Below are positions 10,027 to 20,236 of a stretch of 64,000 nt of DNA, piece by piece. Source of the stretch: a virus (Duplodnaviria > Caudoviricetes); the IMG/VR virus record IMGVR_UViG_3300031801_001562. The stretch is one strand, 5' to 3'. Position 1 is the first letter of the stretch. Every line of letters begins with the position of its first letter. Made by a program: the position numbers and the translations under genes. Below the pieces are notes generated by a model, which was given only the letters and a program-made list of their open reading frames with translations, did no database searches and was not told the DNA's origin.

Positions 10027-10884
10027 TTAATCGGGAACAGCTATCCTATACGTCATGCCCCATTTTACAAAAGAATCAACTGTTGTGATAGAATATCCTA
10101 GACTAGCAAAAAAATCATTAACCGTAGTAATATTTATATTGAAAGGTTCATTTGCTTTATCTGTACCGGGACCAAAATTAACAGAATCTGATGCATGACC
10201 ATAATAACCCATTTGATCTTCGTATACTTGGTATATTATAGCGGGCCTGTGTGTTTGTATAGTATTAATGGCTCCCATAATAGCAAGATATTCACAACCA
10301 TTAGTATGTAAATTAATTAAATCAACATCGGGGAAATCATATTCATCAAGTTCTTTCATTGGAAGAGTAGCATCATCCGGAAGAGTATATTTAGCCGCAT
10401 TTACTGCTATATCATTTCTGACAAATCTGGAAGAACTATGGTCAGCGTCATCAGTTAATTCTATGAGACCTAACTCGCCCCCTTTATACTGTCCTCCCAT
10501 TGAACCATCTTTCAAAAATACGTTCACATTATAATCCCAACCATCCGACAGAGTAATTTGTTTACTAAATCGGTGTGAAATAATAACTTTGTATATTTCT
10601 ATATTGGATAGACTTTCGGTATTTTTCTGAAAACAATCAATGTTAGATGCAGAAGGTTCAAATGCTTGCACTATGTTGAAATCTTTACTCAATGCAGTTG
10701 ACCAGGCCCCCGTATATGCTCCAATATCTATTGCTGTTCTTTTATTAGATAAATTTAAATCATCTAATATTTTCTGATGAAGACTAAGAGACGCATCATT
10801 ATCTCCAATGGGAAAGTCATCAGCTAGCTTGTCTCTAAGTGCTGTATCGTCTTCGTGTCTATACCATCCGTTATCTTTTATCAT
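10027..10884 (-). CDS. FkbM-family SAM-dependent methyltransferase
   Basis: AIDIGAYTGAWS, AFEP...N, LDEYDFPDVDLINLHTNGCEY. Confidence 0.82.
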   Translation of the reverse strand: MIKDNGWYRHEDDTALRDKLADDFPIGDNDASLSLHQKILDDLNLSNKRTAIDIGAYTGAWSTALSKDFNIVQAFEPSASNIDCFQKNTESLSNIEIYKVIISHRFSKQITLSDGWDYNVNVFLKDGSMGGQYKGGELGLIELTDDADHSSSRFVRNDIAVNAAKYTLPDDATLPMKELDEYDFPDVDLINLHTNGCEYLAIMGAINTIQTHRPAIIYQVYEDQMGYYGHASDSVNFGPGTDKANEPFNINITTVNDFFASLGYSITTVDSFVKWGMTYRIAVPD

Positions 10885-10899
10885 TTAATTCCCTTTTGA

Positions 10900-11979
10900 T
10901 TAATAAGAATTGAACGCTGGAATTCTTTCATCAGTATATCCTAAAATATTGTTCATCTCATTAATTTCTTTTATATATTGTGATTTCCATGGTTCTTTTA
11001 AATATAGACTATCAACTCTTTGAATATATCTTAAATTATGTTGGATCCTATATCCTAATCTGCCAGTAGATAAATCTCCTTGACGCCTATGTAGAGAAAT
11101 AGTATTATCAAGAAAAATTAAATCACTGGACTTATACCAATGATCGTAAATATATTTATCTACTAATAATGTTTTATTTATATTATCGGTTATTTTTTTA
11201 AATTCAGAATCAGTCGCGCCTTTAATTCCGGCAACAGTGCTGGTAATAGTATAATGTAAACCCTTTATTCCGCCGGGAGACTGCATAACCATGGGCAGTT
11301 CACTTCTTTCGGGGCACATATTATTTTTAATTATTACTTGTTGTTCATCTTCCGATAATTCGGGAGTAAATCTATTTTTAGTAAAATCATGTATGAGAAT
11401 CATATCATCGAGCTCACTTCTAAAAGATTCTGTCTGTTCTTCATACCAATCGGCCGTAGTCAAAAACCCGGTAGAGGATCCTATGACATCTGCATATCCA
11501 TAAAAAGATACGCTAGGCGCGAATAAAAAATTGCCAGATTCATTAGCATGCCAAAGCAGGTCTCCATCGGGAAACATTCCCATAAAATCACCATTAGAAT
11601 CTCTTCTAGATGTTACTCTAACTGCTGCAGCTTTTTCTTTATCTATATCAGTAGCCTTAATCTTATCTACTGCTCTAAACCATTGCTTCTCTTCATCAGT
11701 TAAGTTTAATTTCGACATATTTTCAGCAAATTGAAAAACATCTGCGAACCCATATTTTTTGGTAATATTAAATAAAAAAGTACTAGTGCCATCACCCCAT
11801 TTCAAGGTTAGCTCTTCGAATTGTGGTAAAGTAAAATCACAATTGCGTATTATAATTACTAAATTGTCCAAATATAAAGTGGCGATCTCATTCCATAATT
11901 CGGGAGTAATATCTTCATAACGTAGATTATCTATGAATAGGCCAAAGCTTCCTAATCCAGGTATTTTACTTGTTTTCAT
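10900..11979 (-). CDS. TauD/TfdA-family 2OG-dependent dioxygenase
   Basis: LVIIIRN, LLWHANE, TGFLTT..WYE, DLIFLDN..SLHRR. Confidence 0.8.
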   Translation of the reverse strand: MKTSKIPGLGSFGLFIDNLRYEDITPELWNEIATLYLDNLVIIIRNCDFTLPQFEELTLKWGDGTSTFLFNITKKYGFADVFQFAENMSKLNLTDEEKQWFRAVDKIKATDIDKEKAAAVRVTSRRDSNGDFMGMFPDGDLLWHANESGNFLFAPSVSFYGYADVIGSSTGFLTTADWYEEQTESFRSELDDMILIHDFTKNRFTPELSEDEQQVIIKNNMCPERSELPMVMQSPGGIKGLHYTITSTVAGIKGATDSEFKKITDNINKTLLVDKYIYDHWYKSSDLIFLDNTISLHRRQGDLSTGRLGYRIQHNLRYIQRVDSLYLKEPWKSQYIKEINEMNNILGYTDERIPAFNSY

Positions 11980-11987
11980 ATAATTAT

Positions 11988-13004
11988 TTAAAATTGAGTG
12001 GTGTGACTCATAATATTGTTTGTTATGTCGTCTATTTTATCTGCCGATACAAACTTTGATTCTAAGTGAGACCAATACCATTGATAATCTGTACTGTCCC
12101 AATCTTCATATATTTCATCCCACGTATACTCGGTCATATGAGGTATAAAAAAATAATCTGCTAAAGGATCAGATAATGGTATAAATCTAAAATCAGCAGA
12201 AAGTCTTATATGATTCGTTGTATTAGTTGTACTAAAATGGGTAGTCAGATTATGAAAAAAGAATACATCGCCGCTTTCAAAATCATTGGTTAACCATTCA
12301 TGATCATCTTTTTTTAGTTTAAAAGTTATCTGATCGGATTGGTCATAAAATCTATCTTCATTTGGAATAAAACCCAAATTTAAATGACTATCCTTCGCAG
12401 TTACTATAACACCCTTATCCATGGGAGTATCGCCTAATGGGACCCACGCGGTCCACATATTTCGCGCAATTCCGGAATACCAAAAATCCTGATGTAATTT
12501 AGAAAATTCACCATTATTTTTAAAAAATCTAAAAAGTACTCTAGGCAATAAAACAAATTCTTCGCCATACATATGAGAAAATAATTTAAGTACAGAAGGT
12601 TCTTTATGTAAATATTCATTAAAAGATTGTAATTTAACGCATTTTTCCCAAAATGCATGGGGCCCAGATCCGGAATTAACATCTACATCATCGCGTAAAA
12701 TATCATCTTTTAATAATAAATTTTGTTCATTACATATACGCAAAACATCATCCCTTAAAGATATGTTTCTTTCTACATCCACTATTCCTTTTATATATAA
12801 GTAACCATCTAACTTAGCCCTTTTTTTAATCTCGTCAAAATCACCATCATGAAATGCCTCACTGGAATCTGTATATGGAGACATATCATAATCATTAATA
12901 TCACCAGACCAATCATTATGAACGGTTTCATATAAACCATGCATTACAGCGCTGTCCGTAGCATTATGTTGAATTCGTTTTTCTACGTCATGCATAGATT
13001 TCAT
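11988..13004 (-). CDS. PhyH-family Fe(II)/2OG dioxygenase
   Basis: DGYLYIKG, LHQD, WTAWVPLGD, GDVFFFHNLTTH, RLSADFRF. Confidence 0.88.
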   Translation of the reverse strand: MKSMHDVEKRIQHNATDSAVMHGLYETVHNDWSGDINDYDMSPYTDSSEAFHDGDFDEIKKRAKLDGYLYIKGIVDVERNISLRDDVLRICNEQNLLLKDDILRDDVDVNSGSGPHAFWEKCVKLQSFNEYLHKEPSVLKLFSHMYGEEFVLLPRVLFRFFKNNGEFSKLHQDFWYSGIARNMWTAWVPLGDTPMDKGVIVTAKDSHLNLGFIPNEDRFYDQSDQITFKLKKDDHEWLTNDFESGDVFFFHNLTTHFSTTNTTNHIRLSADFRFIPLSDPLADYFFIPHMTEYTWDEIYEDWDSTDYQWYWSHLESKFVSADKIDDITNNIMSHTTQF

Positions 13005-14817
13005 TCCTCTCCGCCAATCCGGATTGCTCCGTGATATTTTTTGTTACATCTCGATAGTAAAAATCCGAATCGGATTTAGATTTTATCATTTCAATCACCT
13101 CGGCGAACTGTTCATCATTTAAAGTATTTATATATGCTTCAGAAATAAATGTTGTGACATCGTGGAAAAAAAACATATGATGTTCCTTGAAAAATTTAAC
13201 ATCTTGAAATTTTAAAGATTTCATATCATATGCAAAATAACTCTTGTTTATTAAAGATTCTAATTCTGAATATCTTTCATGTATTATTCCATGAGAATTA
13301 ATAATATATGTTTGCAATTTTTTAAAAACTTCAACTAGTGGAACATTGATACATTTGCTTATATAACTTACAACGTCTTTTAGAATAATATGATACCAAA
13401 AACATTCTATTATCCAATAAAACATCCAACACTTAATAACATCAGATTCTGACATTGAAGCGGTTTCTACTATTATATCAGCATATTCTAAATGTTCATT
13501 TTTATATTTGTCTAAGCTGGTATATATACGCCTCTCGGAAAATTCCTTACTTACAAAATAATTATATGGCATATTTCTAACTTTGATTTTATATTTTTTT
13601 TGATATTCCGGCGCACCAAATTCGGAATTAGGAAGAACCATGGCTGGATATATCATCCCATCAGACGAATCATTTTGTAAAAAATATTCCCAATCAGAAA
13701 TAAAACTATTATATGTCATTCCCGGTAAAGGAATTATAAGTTCAACTTCAAAAGGCACATCATTTTGCTTTTGATTATCTACTATTAGATCTAGATCAGC
13801 TATGCTTAAATTATCTCGCCTAATATTAGCTAATGTATCATGATCAAAACTTTGTATAGCTACTCTGGGCGATGGTGTTTTATCAAAGGGTAATGCCTCT
13901 CTGATTAATTTCTGAATTTCCGCAACTCCATTTTTTTTCGGTGGCGTCTTGGCATACCCTAAGGTTGGAAAAAATTCAGGATAGCCCTCTTTTTTGTAAA
14001 CATCAACCAAATGTTGCACGAGTTCAATATCTCTTTTTTTAAATATACCAAAATTTGCATCAGATATCCACATTGCAAACATTTTTTTATCCGCAATGTA
14101 TGTAATTTCATCCTTACACCGATCTATATCAAATATTTTTACTTTTTGATAAGTTAATCCTCCCCAATCACAAAAAGAACATCTAAAGGGACATCCTCTA
14201 TTAGATTCCCATGTAGCATGGAATTTTACATTGGGATGATCTGTCATTAATTTTTCAAAAAATCCAGTGAGATAAGGACTTGGTATTACATCAAGATCTT
14301 TCATTCTAGGATGGGAAGAAGTTCTCAGAATATCATTAGTATCATTTAATATGATCCCATTTATTTTAGAATAGTCTGGAATATCATTAATTCCTTCTAA
14401 TAAAACATTTTCAAAAATTTCTTCGCCTTCATTTACAACAGCAATATCAATATATGGGTGATCTTTAAACCACTTATCCTGTTTAATTGGTATATGAGGA
14501 CCGCCAACAATAATAAGACAATTAGGATATAGTTCTTTAATTTTTTTTGCTATAATACATTGAAAGCTTGTATTCCAAACATAACAGCAAAATGCTACCA
14601 CATCTGGATGATCTAAGGAATCTAATATATCATTTAAAGGATCCCTAAACACAATAGTGTCTTTAAGAATATAATTATTTTTAATCAATTCATTGCGGTA
14701 AGCATATTCCCACAATACCCCTGCCGTATAAGGCAAGAAGGCCCACTCACATTCTGACATGCCCCCTATAGTTTCGTCAGCTGGGGTTATTTGACACATG
14801 TATAAATTTTTATTCAT
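12988..14817 (-). CDS. Cobalamin-binding radical SAM protein (class B methyltransferase-like)
   Basis: N-terminal B12-binding domain (PY..G.L...PDVVAFCCYVWN...GGPH) then ESNRGCPFRCSFCDWG. Confidence 0.92.
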   Translation of the reverse strand: MNKNLYMCQITPADETIGGMSECEWAFLPYTAGVLWEYAYRNELIKNNYILKDTIVFRDPLNDILDSLDHPDVVAFCCYVWNTSFQCIIAKKIKELYPNCLIIVGGPHIPIKQDKWFKDHPYIDIAVVNEGEEIFENVLLEGINDIPDYSKINGIILNDTNDILRTSSHPRMKDLDVIPSPYLTGFFEKLMTDHPNVKFHATWESNRGCPFRCSFCDWGGLTYQKVKIFDIDRCKDEITYIADKKMFAMWISDANFGIFKKRDIELVQHLVDVYKKEGYPEFFPTLGYAKTPPKKNGVAEIQKLIREALPFDKTPSPRVAIQSFDHDTLANIRRDNLSIADLDLIVDNQKQNDVPFEVELIIPLPGMTYNSFISDWEYFLQNDSSDGMIYPAMVLPNSEFGAPEYQKKYKIKVRNMPYNYFVSKEFSERRIYTSLDKYKNEHLEYADIIVETASMSESDVIKCWMFYWIIECFWYHIILKDVVSYISKCINVPLVEVFKKLQTYIINSHGIIHERYSELESLINKSYFAYDMKSLKFQDVKFFKEHHMFFFHDVTTFISEAYINTLNDEQFAEVIEMIKSKSDSDFYYRDVTKNITEQSGLAERNEIYA

Positions 14818-15740
14818 TGCAATGTATCATTAAAATCTATTTTTATAGTTGCATGATTATCATGAACGGCGCTGGATAACGATTCATCCGGAACAATATT
14901 TAAATTATATCTATCCCAATAAAAACATTTTGATTTATCTTTAAAATTTGAATATATATCTTTCCATTCCAAATCTTTAGAATGTGTATCAAAAAATAAA
15001 TCAAAAAATCTCTCATCTATGGGTTGGTATCTAACGTCTAAGGTACTCCGAACTTTAGATGATATATTATGATTGTTTCCATGTTGAGTGAGGACATTGA
15101 ACATTAAAAAATCTCCTGTTTGAAAATTATCAGAAACCCATTCTTCAAAGTTAGTTGGATGAAATGCAATCATCTGATTTTTTTCATGAAAATATCTTTG
15201 TTCTGGAGGAATTTCTCCAAGAATATGAGATTGAGAATTTATTTTCATGGTACCAAGCTCTATAGGAACGTCTCCAAAAGGAACCCATATCGTCCACAAA
15301 TCATTTGACATTCCAGCATACCAATGATCTTGATGTGGTAATGTTGTCAATCTGGGATTATTAGGAAAAATTGTCCTTTGAACTAATCTGGGTATAGGTA
15401 TGCAATCTTTGCCAGTAATTATTTTCATTACATCATAAAACATTTTTTGATGCATATATGAATGTAAATCTTCCAGATAATTAATATCAGTAAAATATTC
15501 ATCCGGGCCCACTCCGCCCGCATAAAACATATCTTGAAAATCTGTATTAAAATCCCCAGTTTCAGTAATATAATTATATTTTAATAAAATTTCGTCTATT
15601 TGGCGTTTAACATTTAAATTCTCTTCTACATCTAAACATTGTTTGAAAAAAAGATATCCATACTCATCTGCAAAATTTTTAATTTCTGAAACATTTCCAT
15701 TTTTCCAATGCTCACTACAATCTATGAATTTTTTTACCAT
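14814..15740 (-). CDS. PhyH-family Fe(II)/2OG dioxygenase
   Basis: YGYLFFK, PHQD, WTIWVPFGD, GDFLMFNVLTQH, RSTLDVRY. Confidence 0.88.
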   Translation of the reverse strand: MVKKFIDCSEHWKNGNVSEIKNFADEYGYLFFKQCLDVEENLNVKRQIDEILLKYNYITETGDFNTDFQDMFYAGGVGPDEYFTDINYLEDLHSYMHQKMFYDVMKIITGKDCIPIPRLVQRTIFPNNPRLTTLPHQDHWYAGMSNDLWTIWVPFGDVPIELGTMKINSQSHILGEIPPEQRYFHEKNQMIAFHPTNFEEWVSDNFQTGDFLMFNVLTQHGNNHNISSKVRSTLDVRYQPIDERFFDLFFDTHSKDLEWKDIYSNFKDKSKCFYWDRYNLNIVPDESLSSAVHDNHATIKIDFNDTLQ

Positions 15741-16429
15741 AAAACATCCAGTGCTCGAGGATTCAATGATATAAAAAACTGGTATACATCATCAGCAAAG
15801 GCTAGCCCTTCGTGAGGTTTAATGGAATCATGTAAATAGAGCCGGCCTTGTTCTATATGCGATTCGCTTACCATTTTACCATCTTTTTCATAACGTATAA
15901 CCATGCCGTCGGGATTAGTAGTGCCCCATAATTTAATCCATTGTGTTGGATGCCATGTATCTATATGTTTTTTAAAATGGCCCAAATAATCCCATTTGAG
16001 TATGCAGCTTCTATACATATAAGGCGATAATTCACTTAATGCAGATAGGCTAGAAATCTTTAATGCATCGGTTGGCACTTTAAAATGTTTTTCATTCACA
16101 ATGCTGTCCATATCAATTTCCCGAGAATTCCATTCTTTCCATTTAATTAGATGATCATCTGTCCATTCTTTATATTTAAATTGTGGATATTCTAATAAAA
16201 AATTCCATCTATCTAATGGATAACACGCAGGGTCATCTTTTTTAAAAATACCATCTTCATTGATTAAAGGAACCGCGGATCTTGGAAATTCTAGGTGAAC
16301 ATCTCCCCACGGAAGAAAATTAAATTTGGATATTTCTTTTACAAATATTTCACTATCTATTTTTAACTTTGTGGGAACTAAATTTTGGGTATGATATGTG
16401 TAATATTCTTTTTCCGTTAAGACTTCCAT
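15734..16429 (-). CDS. Putative cupin-fold Fe(II) oxygenase (Asp/Asn beta-hydroxylase-like)
   Basis: C-terminal GHFKKHID...GRLYLHDSIKPH pattern (HxD...H). Confidence 0.55.
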   Translation of the reverse strand: MEVLTEKEYYTYHTQNLVPTKLKIDSEIFVKEISKFNFLPWGDVHLEFPRSAVPLINEDGIFKKDDPACYPLDRWNFLLEYPQFKYKEWTDDHLIKWKEWNSREIDMDSIVNEKHFKVPTDALKISSLSALSELSPYMYRSCILKWDYLGHFKKHIDTWHPTQWIKLWGTTNPDGMVIRYEKDGKMVSESHIEQGRLYLHDSIKPHEGLAFADDVYQFFISLNPRALDVLW

Positions 16430-17037
16430 GTATCATTCTTTATCTGAGTTGATCTAGTCAAAAATTCTCCTGTGTCAAGGTTAAATGTATCACCTGTATT
16501 TACACCATCAACAAATAATGTATCTTCGTGTTCCAAATAATATGGAGAGTCTTTAAAATTAAAAACAGCACCATTTGAAATCATTACTGGCGGAATGCAT
16601 TCTGTAGAGCCATATATGTTCCAAACATTTTGAGCACCTGTTGATTTCATTAATAAAATATCTTCATCAGTAACTGGAGCAGAACCTGTAGAAAAATTTC
16701 TAACAAATTCAAGATTTGGTTTTCTTCTTTTAGCAAGAATTCGCCATGTTCCAACTGCCAATGTAAGAACTGTTGGTTTAACTTCTTCTACAACATCCCA
16801 GAATTTCAAAGGTTCAAATTTAACATTTACTACGTCGCAATGAGTAATCTTTGCGGGTATTATACAAAATGCCCAACATGCTATAGTCCATGACGGAAAA
16901 GGATTTATAATAACATCTCGTTCATCTATTCCCCATTTTTCAACTAACCAATGTCCTGCTTGATAAAATTTTTTTATGTCATGCGTAACTTTTTTTTGCT
17001 TTCCTGTGGAACCACTACTATACATAGATATATTCAT
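16417..17037 (-). CDS. Minimal AMP-binding (ANL adenylation) domain protein
   Basis: YSSGSTGKQK (A3), TGSAP, IYGSTE (A5), TGD (A7); only 206 aa. Confidence 0.78.
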   Translation of the reverse strand: MNISMYSSGSTGKQKKVTHDIKKFYQAGHWLVEKWGIDERDVIINPFPSWTIACWAFCIIPAKITHCDVVNVKFEPLKFWDVVEEVKPTVLTLAVGTWRILAKRRKPNLEFVRNFSTGSAPVTDEDILLMKSTGAQNVWNIYGSTECIPPVMISNGAVFNFKDSPYYLEHEDTLFVDGVNTGDTFNLDTGEFLTRSTQIKNDTWKS

Positions 17038-19232
17038 AAATTATATCTCCAAATATTTTGTTTTACATTATTAAACATTTTACATTCCACCAAATCCACG
17101 ATACCTTTTTGGGATAACTTTTTCATAATGTTTGAAAATTTATAACTCCTGACACCAGTTTTAGAATCTACATTATTTGTTAAATAATATGGACCGACAC
17201 CGCCGGTAATTTCCTTTTGGATGTTTATATGGCTCCATTGATACGAACTTTGTGTAATATCTCTCGATACTTTTTTTACATATCCAGGAAGAGAAGCGCC
17301 TCTGAATAATAAGCGGTATCCTTTTAATTCTTCCTCCCATTTAACCCCACTCATAGAAATTAAAGTTGAACCTATAAAAGTTCCCACCCATTTGGCTTCA
17401 TTATATTTGATACTTTTTAAACTCACATTATTATTGTATCTTGAATATGAACATTCAACTAAAAATTCCAATATTATCAGTAAATCATCATCATTTAATA
17501 ATCTATTCCCACATACTATACTACTTCCAAACCGGTTCGGATGCAGCCGACCATAACCCGCACTTAAATTATGTATATGTTTATTAAAATATATGGATAT
17601 AAAATTTTCAATGTCCTTTAAAACTAAAATAATATTTTGTCGAAGATACTTGATGGAACGTGTATTATCAACCACATGATCATAGTCATCATATGTATTA
17701 TGAATATTATTTTTTATTTGATTATATAATACGCCTATGATTGTTGTTTGCATATCTTGAAACTTGGAAGTGATGAATATCGGATCACTTTCTAAATAAT
17801 CTTGAAATTTAACAAAAAAATCTTTTAATGTAACTTCATCTTTTAAATAATCATAATATATGTATTTTAATATTCGTTGTTCTCCAAACCAAAAATTCAT
17901 AACAATCCATGCGAACATCCAGCCTTTAACAACATCTTCATAAGACATAGATTTCAAAGAAGTAATTATTTCACATTCTTCCATGTCGACATTAAAAGGG
18001 ATAATTTTTGTTTTTATTTTAAAACGTTCCCTATAAGATTTATCATTAAGTTCCGCGTTAGGTAAAATCAAACAAGGATATACGTTTATTTTTAATTTTT
18101 TAACAGGCATTAACGCGGATAACTCATCAACCCACCCATCATACGTAGTACCTGGTAAGGGGTATATTAATTCAACTTCTCTCTCTGTAGAATCCATCTT
18201 ATCTGCATTGACAATGCTCATATTTTTTCTTTTAATATTAGATAAAACTTCTGGATTGGTAGATTGTAAAGCTACTCTAGGAACAGTATTATTATTCTCA
18301 ATACCCTCTAATAATCGTTGTTGTATTTGTAATGAAGAATTTTTACTTGGTGGTGTTTTTGCATAACCTGAGTGTGCTATTTTTTTGGGATAGCCTGTGG
18401 CTTCATGATATCCCACTGCCTTATCTATTATATTATAATCTCTTTCTTTAAATATGCCCAAATTACTATTTGTGAACCAAAGATAATTTATTTTATTACG
18501 ACTAACCCATTCGAATTCTTTAAATAATCGCGGTTCATCAAATTTTATCATTTTTTGTGCAGTTAAACTACCCCAATCACAAAAAGTACATTTAAATGGA
18601 CAACCTCTATCCATCTCAACGGTAGCGTGAAAATTAACCGAAGGATTTTTTAATATAATATTATTAAAAAGACCCGACAAATATGGACTAGGGATTGTAT
18701 TAATATCTTTAATTCTGGAAGCCGGCTTCGTTTTAAAAATTTTATTATTTTTTCTAAAAATAAGACCCGGTATCTCAGAAAAATCTTTTTTATTAAAATA
18801 TTCTAATAAAATTTGTTCAAAGACTTTTTCTCCTTCTCCCACAACACCAATATCTACATAGTCATGCGAATTATACCATTTGCTATCATTAGAATTAGGC
18901 ACATGTGGTCCGCCACAAATAATCAAACAATTAGGATACTTTTTTTTTATTTTTTTTAATATATAAAGGTGCTTATTAGAATTCCACATATAATTACTAG
19001 TAGCAACTATATCTGGTTGTCCCATATTATCAATATAATAATCTAAATTATCTATATTAAACACCAAATCTTTTAATATAAAATTATCGGATATTATTTT
19101 ATTTTGTAAACAATAAGACCAAAGAAGGCCGGCGGAATATGGTAAAAATGCCGATTTATTACTTGACATTTCAGTGCCAGTTGAAGAGTCTATTAAAGGA
19201 GCCGTTAATTGTAATAGATATATATTTTTCAT
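17034..19232 (-). CDS. Cobalamin-binding radical SAM protein with extra C-terminal domain
   Basis: FLPYSAGLLW...PDIVATSNYMWN...GGPH; DRGCPFKCTFCDWG; about 170 aa unassigned C-terminal extension. Confidence 0.92.
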   Translation of the reverse strand: MKNIYLLQLTAPLIDSSTGTEMSSNKSAFLPYSAGLLWSYCLQNKIISDNFILKDLVFNIDNLDYYIDNMGQPDIVATSNYMWNSNKHLYILKKIKKKYPNCLIICGGPHVPNSNDSKWYNSHDYVDIGVVGEGEKVFEQILLEYFNKKDFSEIPGLIFRKNNKIFKTKPASRIKDINTIPSPYLSGLFNNIILKNPSVNFHATVEMDRGCPFKCTFCDWGSLTAQKMIKFDEPRLFKEFEWVSRNKINYLWFTNSNLGIFKERDYNIIDKAVGYHEATGYPKKIAHSGYAKTPPSKNSSLQIQQRLLEGIENNNTVPRVALQSTNPEVLSNIKRKNMSIVNADKMDSTEREVELIYPLPGTTYDGWVDELSALMPVKKLKINVYPCLILPNAELNDKSYRERFKIKTKIIPFNVDMEECEIITSLKSMSYEDVVKGWMFAWIVMNFWFGEQRILKYIYYDYLKDEVTLKDFFVKFQDYLESDPIFITSKFQDMQTTIIGVLYNQIKNNIHNTYDDYDHVVDNTRSIKYLRQNIILVLKDIENFISIYFNKHIHNLSAGYGRLHPNRFGSSIVCGNRLLNDDDLLIILEFLVECSYSRYNNNVSLKSIKYNEAKWVGTFIGSTLISMSGVKWEEELKGYRLLFRGASLPGYVKKVSRDITQSSYQWSHINIQKEITGGVGPYYLTNNVDSKTGVRSYKFSNIMKKLSQKGIVDLVECKMFNNVKQNIWRYNL

Positions 19233-20236
19233 GCCGCGGCATCATTTAAAAATTTATAAGAATAATTTTCCCTAAAAAAATTAATTTGATATTTGGGTTT
19301 ATTCAATGTATGATATTTTTTTAAAGATCTCCAATATTCAGTATGATCATTTTTAGAAGAAGTGTAAAACAATTCTAAAAAATCATATACATGCCGACAC
19401 AATCTAACATATGAACGATTAAATATTTCCTCTTTATTTTTTTTATATTTTAATTTTTCAATAGTTTCTATCGCCCATGTTATTAGAAAAAGTCCTGTAG
19501 CTTCAAGAGGTTCTGCAAATCCACAACTTAATCCCACAGATACGGTATTCCCCAACCACGGAGTTAAACAATATCTATTATTAAAGGGAATGGCGCGAAT
19601 GTCTTCGGCTTTAACATTACCTACATTTTTATTTTTAAATTCTTCAATGGCATCATTTACACTTATAAAATTATTATTAAAAACATACCCATTACCACTC
19701 CTTGATCTTAAATCTACATTCCACATCCACCCATAATCCATAGCGAAAGTGTTTGTTATAGATTGACAATTAGAATCACCAGGCGCGAAGAGGGCCATAT
19801 TATTAGACAGAGTTTTATAAGAACCAAATTGTTTATTTTTAGAAAAATCACTATTGAATCCAGTACAATCTATTACTAGATCAGGATTATCCACTTTACA
19901 TAATCTAGGTCGCGTTATTTCTTCTAGAAGAATAATCATTTTTAACGCATCTAAATGATAAGCATGCATATTATTGGGAAACGGGTGTATCCAATCAGTT
20001 TTATGCCAACCATGATGTTTAATACCATATTTAATTACGCCGTCACACTTATTAATTACATCATCTTCAGATATTCCACAATAATCAAAGAATTTAACTA
20101 GTCCAGGTAATGTACTTTCTCCAACACCTATAGGTTTGGAATTTTTAGGAAGTTTTATTTCAACTTTATTAGTTTGGGATAAATATGCGGCAGCTAACCA
20201 ACCGGCGCTTCCACCGCCTAAAATTATTATGTTCAT
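19229..20236 (-). CDS. Short flavin-dependent (tryptophan) halogenase homologue
   Basis: GGGSAG, PIGVGES, KYGIK, IDCTGF, WMW, FAEPLEATG; start Met3 gives an ATGA overlap. Confidence 0.85.
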   Translation of the reverse strand: MNIIILGGGSAGWLAAAYLSQTNKVEIKLPKNSKPIGVGESTLPGLVKFFDYCGISEDDVINKCDGVIKYGIKHHGWHKTDWIHPFPNNMHAYHLDALKMIILLEEITRPRLCKVDNPDLVIDCTGFNSDFSKNKQFGSYKTLSNNMALFAPGDSNCQSITNTFAMDYGWMWNVDLRSRSGNGYVFNNNFISVNDAIEEFKNKNVGNVKAEDIRAIPFNNRYCLTPWLGNTVSVGLSCGFAEPLEATGLFLITWAIETIEKLKYKKNKEEIFNRSYVRLCRHVYDFLELFYTSSKNDHTEYWRSLKKYHTLNKPKYQINFFRENYSYKFLNDAAA

